DNA of 64,000 bases from an uncultured Candidatus Saccharibacteria bacterium (GCA_964641545.1 CAZXLT010000001.1:20094-84093), one strand, 5' to 3'. Numbered from the stretch's first letter, positions 8,979 through 19,341 are shown. Translations and numbers: made by a program. The notes: generated by a model from the letters alone, not told the origin.

Positions 8979-10031
8979 CTAGAGGCTTGCAGCAATCTTC
9001 AAGATCTGATCAGTGCTAAGTACCGAATTTGCTTCGATAGTATAGTGTATGCCATCGTCTACCCAGCTTGCCTTAGACCCATCGGCAGCGATATAGATTG
9101 TGCGGCCGGCAACTTGGTGAGCAGCAATAGGTTGCCTGGTAGAATCCCCCAAGACATTGTTAACTGACGGATCGTTGGGATCTGCTGCGCTTTGAATGAT
9201 TCGATACGAACGACTATCGCGCGATGAAAAATCCATGAAGACTTCACCTGGACGATATGATACTGAACCAGCTTGCGCAAAGCCCTGGGGGTGAAACCCG
9301 GGATACGAAGCCTGTAAGCCAGCTTTTGATGAGGCGATGCCAACTGCAAAACGTGGAATATTTTGATATACATACAATCCTGCCAATGCCAACACTACAA
9401 CCGCTGTTGTGCTCAAGCTCACAAAACGCGGGCTTAGACCAAGTTTGTGGGCAACCCGGTGACGGCGTTTGCTTAGGTGGTGTCTTGGCTGTTCGTGACT
9501 CAGTGACTTAAGCAGTGCTGCATCGATGAGCATATCTTTGGAAGACTGTTTTTGTTGATGGGCTCGCGCTTGTGAGCCATGGACAGGTGGCGCCTTTGCG
9601 ATTTGAACTGCCTGTTGCTTTTTGACGACCACGTGACTATGGTGATTTCCGAAATGGGATACTAAGTTGCTCTTGGAAGTCTCTTGTGCACGTATAAGTC
9701 GGGCATCCGTTACCCGCTGCGCGTGCTGCACTACGTGGGCTGAGCCTGATGCGGTGGACAGTAAATCTGATTGCACCTTTTTAGGTCTGGTAAGTCGAGC
9801 TGGGTTTCTGACAGTATCACGACGCAAAGTTTTTGCCTTGTCGACATGATTGTGATGAATCTTTTTCGCAGAGACAACAGTATGCGGCATGCCACTTTTC
9901 TTAACTTTTGGCTCTTGCTTCGGAGTCGACACGCTATGTGCCGGTTTTTCATTGACGTTAGAAATAAGCGCCCCGGTTGTGGCGTCATAAACCTTGCCGT
10001 TGAATGTAATGGTGTTTTTTTTGCTTGTCAC
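8979..10031 (-). CDS. Membrane-anchored hypothetical protein with basic/His-rich N-terminus and DUF4367-like C-terminus
   Basis: Single TM; C-terminal W..DGIHYTIE...LSTDQILKIAASL. Confidence 0.6.
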   Translation of the reverse strand: MTSKKNTITFNGKVYDATTGALISNVNEKPAHSVSTPKQEPKVKKSGMPHTVVSAKKIHHNHVDKAKTLRRDTVRNPARLTRPKKVQSDLLSTASGSAHVVQHAQRVTDARLIRAQETSKSNLVSHFGNHHSHVVVKKQQAVQIAKAPPVHGSQARAHQQKQSSKDMLIDAALLKSLSHEQPRHHLSKRRHRVAHKLGLSPRFVSLSTTAVVVLALAGLYVYQNIPRFAVGIASSKAGLQASYPGFHPQGFAQAGSVSYRPGEVFMDFSSRDSRSYRIIQSAADPNDPSVNNVLGDSTRQPIAAHQVAGRTIYIAADGSKASWVDDGIHYTIEANSVLSTDQILKIAASL

Positions 10032-10185
10032 AACTGTCTCTACCCCTCAAAGAGTGTAGCTTATGCTTAACAATAATAGTACAAGTTTTAACGTCTTGTC
10101 GCAAGCAATTATTCCGAGAGAGTATTCTTTCGTAGCATCTTCAAAAAGGCTATGGTATAACTATAGGTAATCCGCGTCAAAAACT

Positions 10186-11652
10186 ATGGAATTTCTCGAT
10201 CCAAAAAAAAAGAAAAGGCATAATCAGCGACTCTTCGTCGGCTATTTTTTAGTCGGGGTCGCAATTTTACTGTCTGCAACAATTTTATACTTTCAAAGTG
10301 TTGGCTATGATGTTGACCGAAAAACTGGCAAAGTTATTCAAAATGGACTGATCTTTGTATCATCGCAGCCAGAGCCGGCGAACGTGTTTGTTAATGGCGA
10401 ACAGAAAGACCAGACGGATAGTCGTCTTACGGTCCCTGCAGGAAGCTACTCTGTAGAGTTGAAGCGTAGTGGCTATCGAAGTTGGAAGCAGTCCTTTAAC
10501 CTAGAAGGCGGAAGCATAGAACGACTGCAATACGTTCGACTTTTCCCGGAAAAATTAGAACAACAAGAGCTTGCCGGCTACGATACGCAACCCACTTTTA
10601 CCTCGCAGAGTCCTGACCGAAAATGGATAGTGGTGCTGCGTCCTGGCAGCCAGACTTCCTTCGATGTGTACGACGCAGGAGATATAAAAAAACCAGTTCA
10701 GTCACTCGTACTCCCAAGCGGTTTGCTTTCGTCCGGCGACGGACAGAGTCTAAAATTGGTTGAATGGTCCACCGACAATAGACACGTATTGCTTGCACAC
10801 GCCTTTTCTGGTCAGTCAGAATTTATTATGGTCGACCGAGAAAACCCAGCCGGGTCTTTAAACCTCAACAAACATCTTGGGATAACTCCTGCTAAGATCA
10901 TGCTTCGAGATAAAAAGTTTAATCAGGTGTATGTATTGAGCGCAGATAGAGTACTCCAGCGGTTCAATACGGAAACTAAGCAGGCAACGAAGGTTGCCGC
11001 TAACATCATTGATTTTAAGCCCTATGCCGCTGACACATTACTGCTTGCAGAGTCAGATCCCGATTTAGCTAACCAGGCAACCGTTAAATTTCGTGACGGA
11101 GACAAGGACCTTGTGCTCCGCAAGTTTAGTGACGCAAGCGCATTCCTGCTTGATCTAGCCAAGTTTGATGGCCATTGGTTCGTTGCAGCGGGCGCAGTCA
11201 ATGAAGGTAGGATTGCTATCTACCGAGACCCAGTTGCTCAAAAAGGCAGTACGAGTTCTTCTGCACTTGCCTTTAGCGTGCTGTTGTTGAAGGACGCGCA
11301 AAACATTTCATTCTCGTCGAATGCGCGGTTTATCATGCTTAACAACGGTAACAAATTTGCTGTGTATGACGCTGATACCAATCGTCGGTTCTACTACGAA
11401 GAGCCTATCACGCCGTCGAGCGGACAAAAACCCATGTGGATGGACGGGCATCGGATAATTGTAAACAACAATAGCAGTATCGTGGTATTTGATTTTAATG
11501 GTACAAATCGTCAAACCTTGGTGTCGAGCTATCCAAATCACTTGCCAATGTTCGACCGAGATTACGAGCGCTTATTTACGCTTACACAAACTAAAGATAG
11601 CACCACTAAATCCTCGCTTACGCAGACGCCGCTTAAGCTGAATCTTGACTAG
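10186..11652 (+). CDS. PEGA domain membrane-anchored protein
   Basis: GLIFVSSQPEPANVFVNG...GSYSVELKRSGYRSW; beta-rich remainder. Confidence 0.8.
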   Translation: MEFLDPKKKKRHNQRLFVGYFLVGVAILLSATILYFQSVGYDVDRKTGKVIQNGLIFVSSQPEPANVFVNGEQKDQTDSRLTVPAGSYSVELKRSGYRSWKQSFNLEGGSIERLQYVRLFPEKLEQQELAGYDTQPTFTSQSPDRKWIVVLRPGSQTSFDVYDAGDIKKPVQSLVLPSGLLSSGDGQSLKLVEWSTDNRHVLLAHAFSGQSEFIMVDRENPAGSLNLNKHLGITPAKIMLRDKKFNQVYVLSADRVLQRFNTETKQATKVAANIIDFKPYAADTLLLAESDPDLANQATVKFRDGDKDLVLRKFSDASAFLLDLAKFDGHWFVAAGAVNEGRIAIYRDPVAQKGSTSSSALAFSVLLLKDAQNISFSSNARFIMLNNGNKFAVYDADTNRRFYYEEPITPSSGQKPMWMDGHRIIVNNNSSIVVFDFNGTNRQTLVSSYPNHLPMFDRDYERLFTLTQTKDSTTKSSLTQTPLKLNLD

Positions 11653-12836
11653 TTAAACCAGTCCTTAATTCGTTGCCAAAGCGAAGGAGCATTGCTTGGT
11701 ATGATCTTGGGCTGTTGGTCTGCGGCAACGGCACTACTTGCTTTATTCGTGCCGGGCTCGGGACTTACTTGTTCTCCTAAAACCACTAGCCGATTCAGTG
11801 ATGTGCCTGGAGGGTCGCAAGTAATGAGCGTAGCTGTAGCGGTTTTGTCGGTTGCGCCAAGCACGCCAAGCTCGGTTGGTTTAACGATTTTCTTCTCGTA
11901 CACGCGATATGCGTACCGTGTTCCGTCTTTTGTCAGATAAAACGTATCCCCTGATTCAAGCCTATTCAGTAGCACAAATGCAAATTTATACCGGCCCTTA
12001 TTTAGGATATTATTACTTGAATGCCCAAATATAACTGAGTTACCCTTCTCGCCGGGCATCGGCGTGTTGGCGTAGTGTACGACGCCGCGTTCTAATGCGT
12101 TTTGGATGGCTTTTTCTTGCACGGAGGGTTCGTCGTACACAACTGGAATCTCGACATTTATTTTTGGAATAACAATCTTTGTGCCAACAGCATTTGTGCT
12201 GCTGTCAACAATAATTGGTGTGTCACTCACCTGCCGGCTAGGGGTTATAAATGGTGCAATAAATCGTTCATTGAAAAACCCAAACAGCAAGAACAGCATG
12301 ACAATTGAGCCCATGCCCATGCCAAACAATATTGATTGAAAGTGTTCCTTTGCAGTTAACTTTTTTGAGGTTCGAAGCTTGGTCTTGGTTAGTAATTGGT
12401 CTTTGATTTCGGCCACTGTTTTGTTAGCCGTTTTTGCTGCGTACGCCCGTTTTGTAACAGGTTTTGGCTGGACCTCAACAACAGTTTTGGGCTGCTCGGG
12501 CACGCGGTTCAATTGTAGCGATGGTAGTTTTTGCCCGTGCTCGGCGTAAAATTCGTTCCATACGGTATGTTTTTCGCTGTCCGGCAGGGCTGTGTAGTAA
12601 TTGTGCCAAGCAGTCTGAATCTCTGCTAAAGCCATACCTGACTCTGTCAGTTGCTTCATGTATTGTTGGTGCTTTGATAGCTGTTTTTTTATGCCAACAA
12701 CTTCTTTTGCTTCTTCAACTGCACTTGGCTCGGTTTTGTAAAGGTTATCCAATTTGGCGCGGATCAAATCAGCCGCCGGATTCGCCCCCCCCGTTGAATT
12801 ATGTTGATTAGCTTGGTGATTACCATTGTTCGCCAT
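11649..12836 (-). CDS. Sortase family protein
   Basis: GHSS His motif, TLITC catalytic Cys, RLVV Arg; TM preceding the catalytic domain. Confidence 0.88.
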   Translation of the reverse strand: MANNGNHQANQHNSTGGANPAADLIRAKLDNLYKTEPSAVEEAKEVVGIKKQLSKHQQYMKQLTESGMALAEIQTAWHNYYTALPDSEKHTVWNEFYAEHGQKLPSLQLNRVPEQPKTVVEVQPKPVTKRAYAAKTANKTVAEIKDQLLTKTKLRTSKKLTAKEHFQSILFGMGMGSIVMLFLLFGFFNERFIAPFITPSRQVSDTPIIVDSSTNAVGTKIVIPKINVEIPVVYDEPSVQEKAIQNALERGVVHYANTPMPGEKGNSVIFGHSSNNILNKGRYKFAFVLLNRLESGDTFYLTKDGTRYAYRVYEKKIVKPTELGVLGATDKTATATLITCDPPGTSLNRLVVLGEQVSPEPGTNKASSAVAADQQPKIIPSNAPSLWQRIKDWFN

Positions 12837-12889
12837 ATACGCTTAGGTTCAAGTATAGTACAATTACCCCCGTCAACCTACCTAAGCAA

Positions 12890-12976
12890 GCCGCGGTGGT
12901 GGAATTGGTAGACACGCTGGACTCAAAATCCTGTGAGCGCAAGCTCGTGACGGTTCAAGTCCGTCCCGCGGCACCA
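12890..12976 (+). tRNA. tRNA-Leu (anticodon CAA)
   Basis: GCCGCGG/CCGCGGC acceptor, GGAATTGGTAGAC D-loop, loop CTCAAAA, long variable arm, TTCAAGT T-loop, CCA. Confidence 0.96.
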
Positions 12977-12977
12977 T

Positions 12978-13769
12978 TTATTGAATTATTGCAGTTGTTA
13001 ATGCTTGAAATGTATTTGTAGGATTTTGGAGCCACCACACTGCTGTATGCGCAGCGGTTCTAATTCGCCAGGTGTTCTCGGTCGCGTCAGTGGTTCGTGT
13101 GGTTGATACCTCTCCACGAACCGAAACAAAGATCGTATCCAGATGTCTGACGACCAAGTTGATGCTGAATTGCGCCGTAAATTCATGTAGCCAATCAACC
13201 AAATGTAGCAGGTCCATATCAAATGTAATAGCCTTTTTTTGCTTGGATTTCAGGCCTATTTTTTGTAGCTGTGCCAAACTAACAACTAGGGTGGTGTCTT
13301 GTCTGCTAATTACCGGCTCTGGTCGTTCTGTGAAATAGTCGACAGCGTCTTTCGTGATGGTCAATTGGTTGCCATACTTACGAACAAACGATTCAAGTAA
13401 AACTGCAGTTTCGCTATTACGTCCTAGATCTCCGGCCAATAATACACCGTCAGCCCACTGAGCTTGGCCCAGTAGTTCACTCAAGGCTTGTCGACTAAAA
13501 CTACCACTGGGAGTGCTTGGTGCATAGTCAGCCATTTCCAGAACCATTTTTACCGAACGTTGGATAGAGTCTGGTAGGAGTACGCGCAGTGTGCCAACAC
13601 CTGTTCGGACAGCTTCTTTGTATCCATCGGCAACTGCGGCAAATCCATGATCGTTACCGCCGATGATAAGTAACTTCCCTGCCTGGGCACGGTGCTCGGG
13701 TCTGCTCCAAAGTAAATCAGGAAACAACGGATTTTCTTTGGTTTGTTTATACCAAAACGAACGATCCAT
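12978..13769 (-). CDS. YjeF C-terminal/NAD(P)H-hydrate dehydratase-like protein (divergent)
   Basis: GKLLIIGG, GVGTL, WADGVLLAGDLGR; start taken at MDRSFW, overlapping the upstream HAD gene end. Confidence 0.65.
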   Translation of the reverse strand: MDRSFWYKQTKENPLFPDLLWSRPEHRAQAGKLLIIGGNDHGFAAVADGYKEAVRTGVGTLRVLLPDSIQRSVKMVLEMADYAPSTPSGSFSRQALSELLGQAQWADGVLLAGDLGRNSETAVLLESFVRKYGNQLTITKDAVDYFTERPEPVISRQDTTLVVSLAQLQKIGLKSKQKKAITFDMDLLHLVDWLHEFTAQFSINLVVRHLDTIFVSVRGEVSTTRTTDATENTWRIRTAAHTAVWWLQNPTNTFQALTTAIIQ

Positions 13770-14466
13770 TGTTGCCTCTCTGCGTTGGCAGTAGTTCGTA
13801 AACCATATTTTTTCGCTCGACCACAACCTTCCAACTCTCGGCTTTGGCGGTCTCAAATAAAGCCTTCGTTGGGTTAAAAGCGATTGGATTTTCGACCATA
13901 GCCAGCATAGGTATATCGCTTTCGCTGTCGCCAACTGCAATACTCCCCTCTAAGGTCAGACTATGCTTGTCAATTAATGCTGTGAGTAGTGCTTGCTTAT
14001 CTTTGCTTGCCACTGTTTTTTTACCCGTAAACTTGCCGTCCTTTTGTTCAAAAACTGTTCCTTCTGCGTCATCAAATCCATAATACTTTGCTACCTTTTC
14101 GACAATCTCGATTTGCGACCCTGAAATGGCAATTAGAAAATATCCTTGTGTCTTCAGGCTTTTCACGAAGTCCCTGGTATACGTATACACCTGGTCCTTA
14201 TGTTCTTCGAATATTTGCATTACAACTTCATCAAACTTGGCAGGAGGTAGGCTTACGAGCATATCATCGTATGCCAGGATCAACATCTTTTCGTAGCTGC
14301 GAAAAGACTCTGGGTCAATGCGTTTTTTCCATATCGTTCTTGCCTTTATGATCCTGTCGTAGATAGTTTTATTGGTATTTTGTTGAAGTAGAACAGACGT
14401 AACTGCGTGAAAGAGCTGCCAGCGAACCAGCGTGCCATCAATATCAAAGGCAGCAAATTTTTTCAC
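13747..14466 (-). CDS. HAD-IB family hydrolase (SerB-like)
   Basis: FDIDGTL, ISGS, K, AVGDSESDIPML, AFNP. Confidence 0.88.
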   Translation of the reverse strand: MKKFAAFDIDGTLVRWQLFHAVTSVLLQQNTNKTIYDRIIKARTIWKKRIDPESFRSYEKMLILAYDDMLVSLPPAKFDEVVMQIFEEHKDQVYTYTRDFVKSLKTQGYFLIAISGSQIEIVEKVAKYYGFDDAEGTVFEQKDGKFTGKKTVASKDKQALLTALIDKHSLTLEGSIAVGDSESDIPMLAMVENPIAFNPTKALFETAKAESWKVVVERKNMVYELLPTQRGNNGSFVLV

Positions 14467-15110
14467 TTGAGCAGCTCCTTAATCCACTGTGCGTAATGCC
14501 GGTAGCCGTAGAATATATCGTCGTGTGGTGCGGTTCGCGTATGAACTTTCACCCCCTTCCAGCCCTTCGCGATCTGGTTGAATGCTTTGTCGGTCCATAC
14601 ATCATTATCATAAGCAACAATGTGAATTGCGGTGAGCGGACTTTTTTTCTGGAAGTTGGATATTTTCTCGGAAAAATTATTGCGTAGAAGCAATCGACTC
14701 TGGTGCTTCATAAGACCCGGATCGCGCAGCAAATACAGCATGCTTTTACCGAGAAGTGAAAGGCCACTGAAAATTTTGTTATGCACTAACTGGTACACGA
14801 GCTCTTGCACTCGACTACGAGCAACCCGGTGGCGTATTTCTTTCATAGAAGGTAGGTTTTGTATAAATATTGGTCCCAGCAGTATCGCATGTTCTTTTAC
14901 GATTTCTTCCCAAGGCTCTAGCGTTCCAACAGAGTGTGCGATGACGAGTCGAGCCGAAGGGTTGTCCTGGTGCCTGTTCACGACATATGCCCGAAGCCCA
15001 AACTGATGTAGTATCTCAAGAAGCTTCTTATAGTGCCATGCACTGCCCCACCCTCCTGGAACAATTGCTACATCAAACGCCGGTGAAGTGCGGACCTTTT
15101 TTGTGCTCAT
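14463..15110 (-). CDS. Alpha/beta-hydrolase-like protein
   Basis: PGGWG oxyanion-like motif, AHSVG nucleophile elbow, late Asp (DNDVW) and His (APHD). Confidence 0.55.
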   Translation of the reverse strand: MSTKKVRTSPAFDVAIVPGGWGSAWHYKKLLEILHQFGLRAYVVNRHQDNPSARLVIAHSVGTLEPWEEIVKEHAILLGPIFIQNLPSMKEIRHRVARSRVQELVYQLVHNKIFSGLSLLGKSMLYLLRDPGLMKHQSRLLLRNNFSEKISNFQKKSPLTAIHIVAYDNDVWTDKAFNQIAKGWKGVKVHTRTAPHDDIFYGYRHYAQWIKELLK

Positions 15111-15142
15111 TTGATAGCCTCTTGTACAAGGGCGTTCATGAA

Positions 15143-15952
15143 CTAACCCTTAACTTCTAAGCTTACTGGGCAATGATCAGAGCCGAGCACATCGGGGTGA
15201 ATATCGGCCCCAATGAGTTTTGAGTCCAAAGCCTTACTCGCCAGCCAATAGTCTATTCGCCAGCCAACGTTTCGAGCTCGCGCATTCGCCCAGTGTGTCC
15301 ACCAGGTATAGGCTTCGGTTCGCTTCGGGAAAAACTTACGGAACGTATCAATAAACCCAGCTGCGAGAAAATCGTCGAATCTTTCGCGTTCTTCATTGGT
15401 AAAGCCGTGCTTGCCGACATTGGGACCAGGATTCGCCAGGTCAATTTCTTGATGAGCCACATTGAGATCTCCACAGAATACAACTGGTTTAGTTTTTTCT
15501 AGGTCTTTCACGTAGGCCAAGAAAGCTTTGTCCCATTGGTCGTAGCGAAGGCTCAGCCGGCTAAGGTCACCTTTACTATTCGGAGTGTATACAGTTACGA
15601 CCCAGAAGTCCTCAAATTCAGCAGCAATAACTCGTCCTTCTTCGTTCGGATTGCCATATTTGTCGCCAACAATACTATATTTTTTTGCTATATCATCTGG
15701 GATGTCGTTTTGAACTTGGAGGGGTTTTATCTTCGTAAAGATGGCCGTACCACTGTAGCCTTTTTTAATTGCGGAGTTCCAATACTCTTCGTACTCTGGC
15801 AAGTCGATTTCCGCCTGACCCTGCTCGGCTTTTGTTTCTTGCAAGCACAAGATATCTGGATTATGTTTTGCAACAAACGACTGAAAGGTGCCTTTATTTG
15901 TTACCGCACGGATACCATTAACATTCCACGAATATAGCCTCATACTGCTCAC
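15143..15952 (-). CDS. xth: Exodeoxyribonuclease III / AP endonuclease
   Basis: SWNVNGIRA, CLQETK, GYSG, GDLNVAH, GWRIDY, SDHCP. Confidence 0.96.
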   Translation of the reverse strand: MSSMRLYSWNVNGIRAVTNKGTFQSFVAKHNPDILCLQETKAEQGQAEIDLPEYEEYWNSAIKKGYSGTAIFTKIKPLQVQNDIPDDIAKKYSIVGDKYGNPNEEGRVIAAEFEDFWVVTVYTPNSKGDLSRLSLRYDQWDKAFLAYVKDLEKTKPVVFCGDLNVAHQEIDLANPGPNVGKHGFTNEERERFDDFLAAGFIDTFRKFFPKRTEAYTWWTHWANARARNVGWRIDYWLASKALDSKLIGADIHPDVLGSDHCPVSLEVKG

Positions 15953-16021
15953 AGTATATCCTGTAAGGACCGACTGCGTATGCTTGTTTTTTACAACAAT
16001 TTGTAGTATAGTTGTGTTCTC

Positions 16022-16858
16022 ATGGGCAATCTTTACGAACGTGCCGAACTAGAACGCCTTACCCTTCCTGGATATAAAAACGAGGCGTCTGTTCGTGCCG
16101 CATTAGGCGATGATACGGATTGGGATCCAGTACTTTCTGCGACAATAGTTTCGGTCGACCCTTCTGGTAAGCCATATGTCTTAACGGGGATTCGGCGCGA
16201 GGAAACGCACCGGACTCACCCGGGAGTCATCAGCACCCCAACAATGCGGTTACCAAAAAACATCGCTCGTGACATATTGGCAAGTCGTTTTCCTCAGCGT
16301 AATCAACGATACCCACAATTTATGGTGCCTCGTGTGCTACCGGCTCGCCCAACGCAGGTTCGTGCGATTGCCGATACTTTGGTCGAGCCCGTCCCAAATA
16401 GCCACGCAACCCTTCCATTTGCGATGGCGACCCTTCTTAGCCAAAAGCTAGGTGTCGCTGAGGCGGTTGAGGGAGCTGATACGGAAACTCCGCTTGGCAC
16501 GGTGTCGCTGGCAAGCATTACCGCCGGTTTTAGTCGTGGTGCAACCGAGCGAGTAGGCGGACGAACTGTTGACTACTATGAACCGCTAATTATGCTGGGT
16601 GCGCTCATGATTCTTGATGACCCAGACGTGATTCAGCGCGAAGCTCCTTCTTATCGTGAAATGAGCTGGACAGAGTTCCCTGATTTTAAACAAGGTGTCG
16701 CCGAAAAACGTCCCGATATGATAATTGCCGAATTGCAACCAGAGGATGCCCTGCTATGTGTACACGGCATGTGCCTAGCAACCTCTATGACCGCAGTTAA
16801 TGTATTTGATGGTACTGGTCAAAACGCTTCAGCAGACCTGGCTTCAATTCCTGCGTAA
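16022..16858 (+). CDS. Hypothetical protein
   Basis: 278-aa ORF with a -10-like TATAGT shortly before ATG; no firm family. Confidence 0.65.
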   Translation: MGNLYERAELERLTLPGYKNEASVRAALGDDTDWDPVLSATIVSVDPSGKPYVLTGIRREETHRTHPGVISTPTMRLPKNIARDILASRFPQRNQRYPQFMVPRVLPARPTQVRAIADTLVEPVPNSHATLPFAMATLLSQKLGVAEAVEGADTETPLGTVSLASITAGFSRGATERVGGRTVDYYEPLIMLGALMILDDPDVIQREAPSYREMSWTEFPDFKQGVAEKRPDMIIAELQPEDALLCVHGMCLATSMTAVNVFDGTGQNASADLASIPA

Positions 16859-16859
16859 T

Positions 16860-17381
16860 CTAGTTTTGTTCATGCAGCAAAATACCAATTGCGGCAATGA
16901 CCGCATCTCGTGAAGAAGTGACCCGGGTGATGGCGCCGCTGGTAACAAGACCTGATAGGCCTTGCTTTTTACCGATATCTGCAATGCCATGAGACTTTGC
17001 AACGGCGTCACTCAGGTTATTTTTGTCGTCAATCTGTTTACTGATAATTTTTGGCGTTTGTACTCGCGGACTGAAGCCAAAGCCTAACCTGCCGTCTTTT
17101 GTTATGACCACTGTTGCGGTACCGGTAAACCACTTTCCGCCAACGTTGCTTTGACCACCCTCAATACCTACGCCAAAATCTGCCTTTTGCATTTTCAGAG
17201 CGTTACGTGCTCGGTTAGTTGCTCCCTTCAATGCTTCTTCATCGTTCATTGGCTGCTCGGCTACACCAGAGTCGGTCTCGACGCCAATAAACTCAATCTT
17301 CGTATTTGGCAGCATCACAACGAAGGCTTGTTTAACAGCCTCAAGCTTAGTTGGGTTTTTCGAGCCAATAACGACAATCAC
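16860..17381 (-). CDS. yjjX: Inosine/xanthosine triphosphatase (YjjX/DUF84)
   Basis: GSKNPTK, SGVAEQP, GATNRA, GVGIEGG, IGKKQGLSGLVT. Confidence 0.9.
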   Translation of the reverse strand: MIVVIGSKNPTKLEAVKQAFVVMLPNTKIEFIGVETDSGVAEQPMNDEEALKGATNRARNALKMQKADFGVGIEGGQSNVGGKWFTGTATVVITKDGRLGFGFSPRVQTPKIISKQIDDKNNLSDAVAKSHGIADIGKKQGLSGLVTSGAITRVTSSRDAVIAAIGILLHEQN

Positions 17382-17453
17382 CTTACAATTCTAGCAAACG
17401 GGTTGAAAATAGTTGAAAAACATGGGGATATTTGCTAAAATATTTTACAACAA

Positions 17454-18157
17454 TGTATAAGCGTGTACTTTTGAAGATATCTGGTGAGCAGTTGGCTGGG
17501 AAACACGTCAGCGGTCTCGATATTGAAGTTGTGCACTTCCTTGCTAAAGAGATAAAACGAATTACCGACAAAGGCTGTCAGGTGGCAATTGTCGTTGGCG
17601 GTGGTAATCTGGTCCGCGGCGTCCAGATAGCAGGACACGGTATTCATCGGGTGACTGCCGACCACATGGGGATGCTTGCTACCCTTATCAATGCTTTGGC
17701 GCTTACAGATATTTTTGAGTCAAAAGGTCTTGAGGCGCGCTGTTTGAGTAACGTACACGCCGAGCAGGTGGCCGAGATGTTTGTCCACCGTTTAGCAGAA
17801 AAACACCTTGAGCGCGGTCGCGTTGTGGTGCTTGCGGGTGGGACTAACCGTCCATTTTTAACTACCGATACTGCCGCAGTGCAATTAGCACTTGAGCTCC
17901 ACTGCGAAGCGGTGCTGAAGGCCACAAAAGTTGATGGTGTATACGACATGGACCCGATGGTGTTTTCGCAGGCTTCAAAACACGAAAAACTTTCATTTGA
18001 GCACGCAGTATCAAATTCTAAAATACGAGTCATGGACAAAGCGGCTTTGGGGCTCGCTATGGAGCATCAGATGCCGGTGGTTGTGTTTAACGCCCTGAAA
18101 GCTGGAAACTTACTAAAAATAGTTCAAGGCAAGCTCGTTGGAACTAAGATCGAGTAG
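17454..18157 (+). CDS. pyrH: UMP kinase
   Basis: YKRVLLKISGE, VGGGN, DHMGMLAT, TTDTAA, KVDGVY, VMDKAA. Confidence 0.95.
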
Positions 18158-18270
18158 ACTTTTCGGTGAGGTGGGAAATCTCACGTTAATCTGTGCGCCG
18201 TGCGACGCTCAGGCAGCAGACTAACAACCGAATCCGGCTTCGAATCTATTGTGTTCGAAAACAGAACACT

Positions 18271-18362
18271 TGGCGGAAGAGGTGGGATTCGAACCCACGG
18301 TACCCGGTAAAGGGCACAACGCTTTTCGAGAGCGTCCAGTTCAACCACTCCTGCACTCTTCC
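18271..18362 (-). tRNA. tRNA-Ser (anticodon CGA)
   Basis: Minus strand: GGAAGAG/CTCTTCC acceptor, ACGCT-CTCGAAA-AGCGT arm, long variable arm, GTGGG-TTCGAAT-CCCAC, GCCA. Confidence 0.96.
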
Positions 18363-18477
18363 CCCGCTGCGTAGTATCAAATGAACTGTGAACCTGCTTA
18401 TTTTACAGATAAGCAAAAAATACTACAACAAGAGTCTTGCGGGACTTGCAAAGACAGGCGTAAACTGTCGTAAGTAT

Positions 18478-19341
18478 ATGTCAATCATCAGCTTAAAAGA
18501 CGTCAGTAAACTGTACGGCTTCGGCGATGCCACAACCGTGGCACTAGACGAGGTCACTATGACTATTGAGCCTGGTGAATTTGTAGCAATAATGGGTCCA
18601 AGCGGCTCTGGCAAGTCTACACTCATGAACTTGATTGGGCTGCTCGACCGTCCGACGCACGGCGATTATATGCTGAGTGGTCGATCTGTCGCAAAGCTGC
18701 GCACTAATCAGCGAGCGAAGGTTCGTCGAGACAAAATTGGTTTTGTGTTTCAGTCATTTAACTTATTGCCACGCATGAATGTACTCGAAAACGTCGCGCT
18801 GCCACTTTCTTATCGAGGGATGACGCAGACCCGCCGCTTAAAACAGGCTGGTGCGATGTTGGACAGAGTTGGACTAACTGATCGTGAATACTTTTACCCA
18901 AAGGCACTCAGCGGAGGTCAAGCCCAGCGCGTAGCCATTGCCCGAGCATTGGTTAATAATCCAGATATTATTATTGCCGATGAACCGACGGGTAACCTGG
19001 ATAGTGGCTCAAGTCTAATTGTCATGGAGTTGTTGAGTGAGCTACACCAGACTGGCAACACTATATTGATGGTAACGCACAACCCAGAACTAACCCGCTA
19101 CGCAGACCGTGTTATTTATATGCATGATGGTGCGATCGTACGCGACCAGTCGACGCCAGTCGGCGAAGTGCCAAGCCTCGCTCGAAAAGTCATGTATTTA
19201 TATCCGCGTAAAACCGAAGAAGATGATCTTGTGGGTGTGTCTGCCCTCATGAAAACCCTTCCGGACAAGCCTGGTGCCAAGCGGCGTCGCAGGAGCAATA
19301 AAAAGAAAGCATCGAAAAAGCAAAAGGTAAAAAATGGCTAA
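18478..19341 (+). CDS. ABC transporter ATP-binding protein (MacB/LolD type)
   Basis: GPSGSGKS, LSGGQAQR, IIADEPTGNLD, VTH; basic C-terminal tail. Confidence 0.93.
   Translation: MSIISLKDVSKLYGFGDATTVALDEVTMTIEPGEFVAIMGPSGSGKSTLMNLIGLLDRPTHGDYMLSGRSVAKLRTNQRAKVRRDKIGFVFQSFNLLPRMNVLENVALPLSYRGMTQTRRLKQAGAMLDRVGLTDREYFYPKALSGGQAQRVAIARALVNNPDIIIADEPTGNLDSGSSLIVMELLSELHQTGNTILMVTHNPELTRYADRVIYMHDGAIVRDQSTPVGEVPSLARKVMYLYPRKTEEDDLVGVSALMKTLPDKPGAKRRRRSNKKKASKKQKVKNG

Noticed and set aside
12978-13940. 320-aa version of the YjeF-like ORF
   Set aside because: The first 57 codons overlap the HAD gene in another frame; ATG 13769 is the more plausible start.
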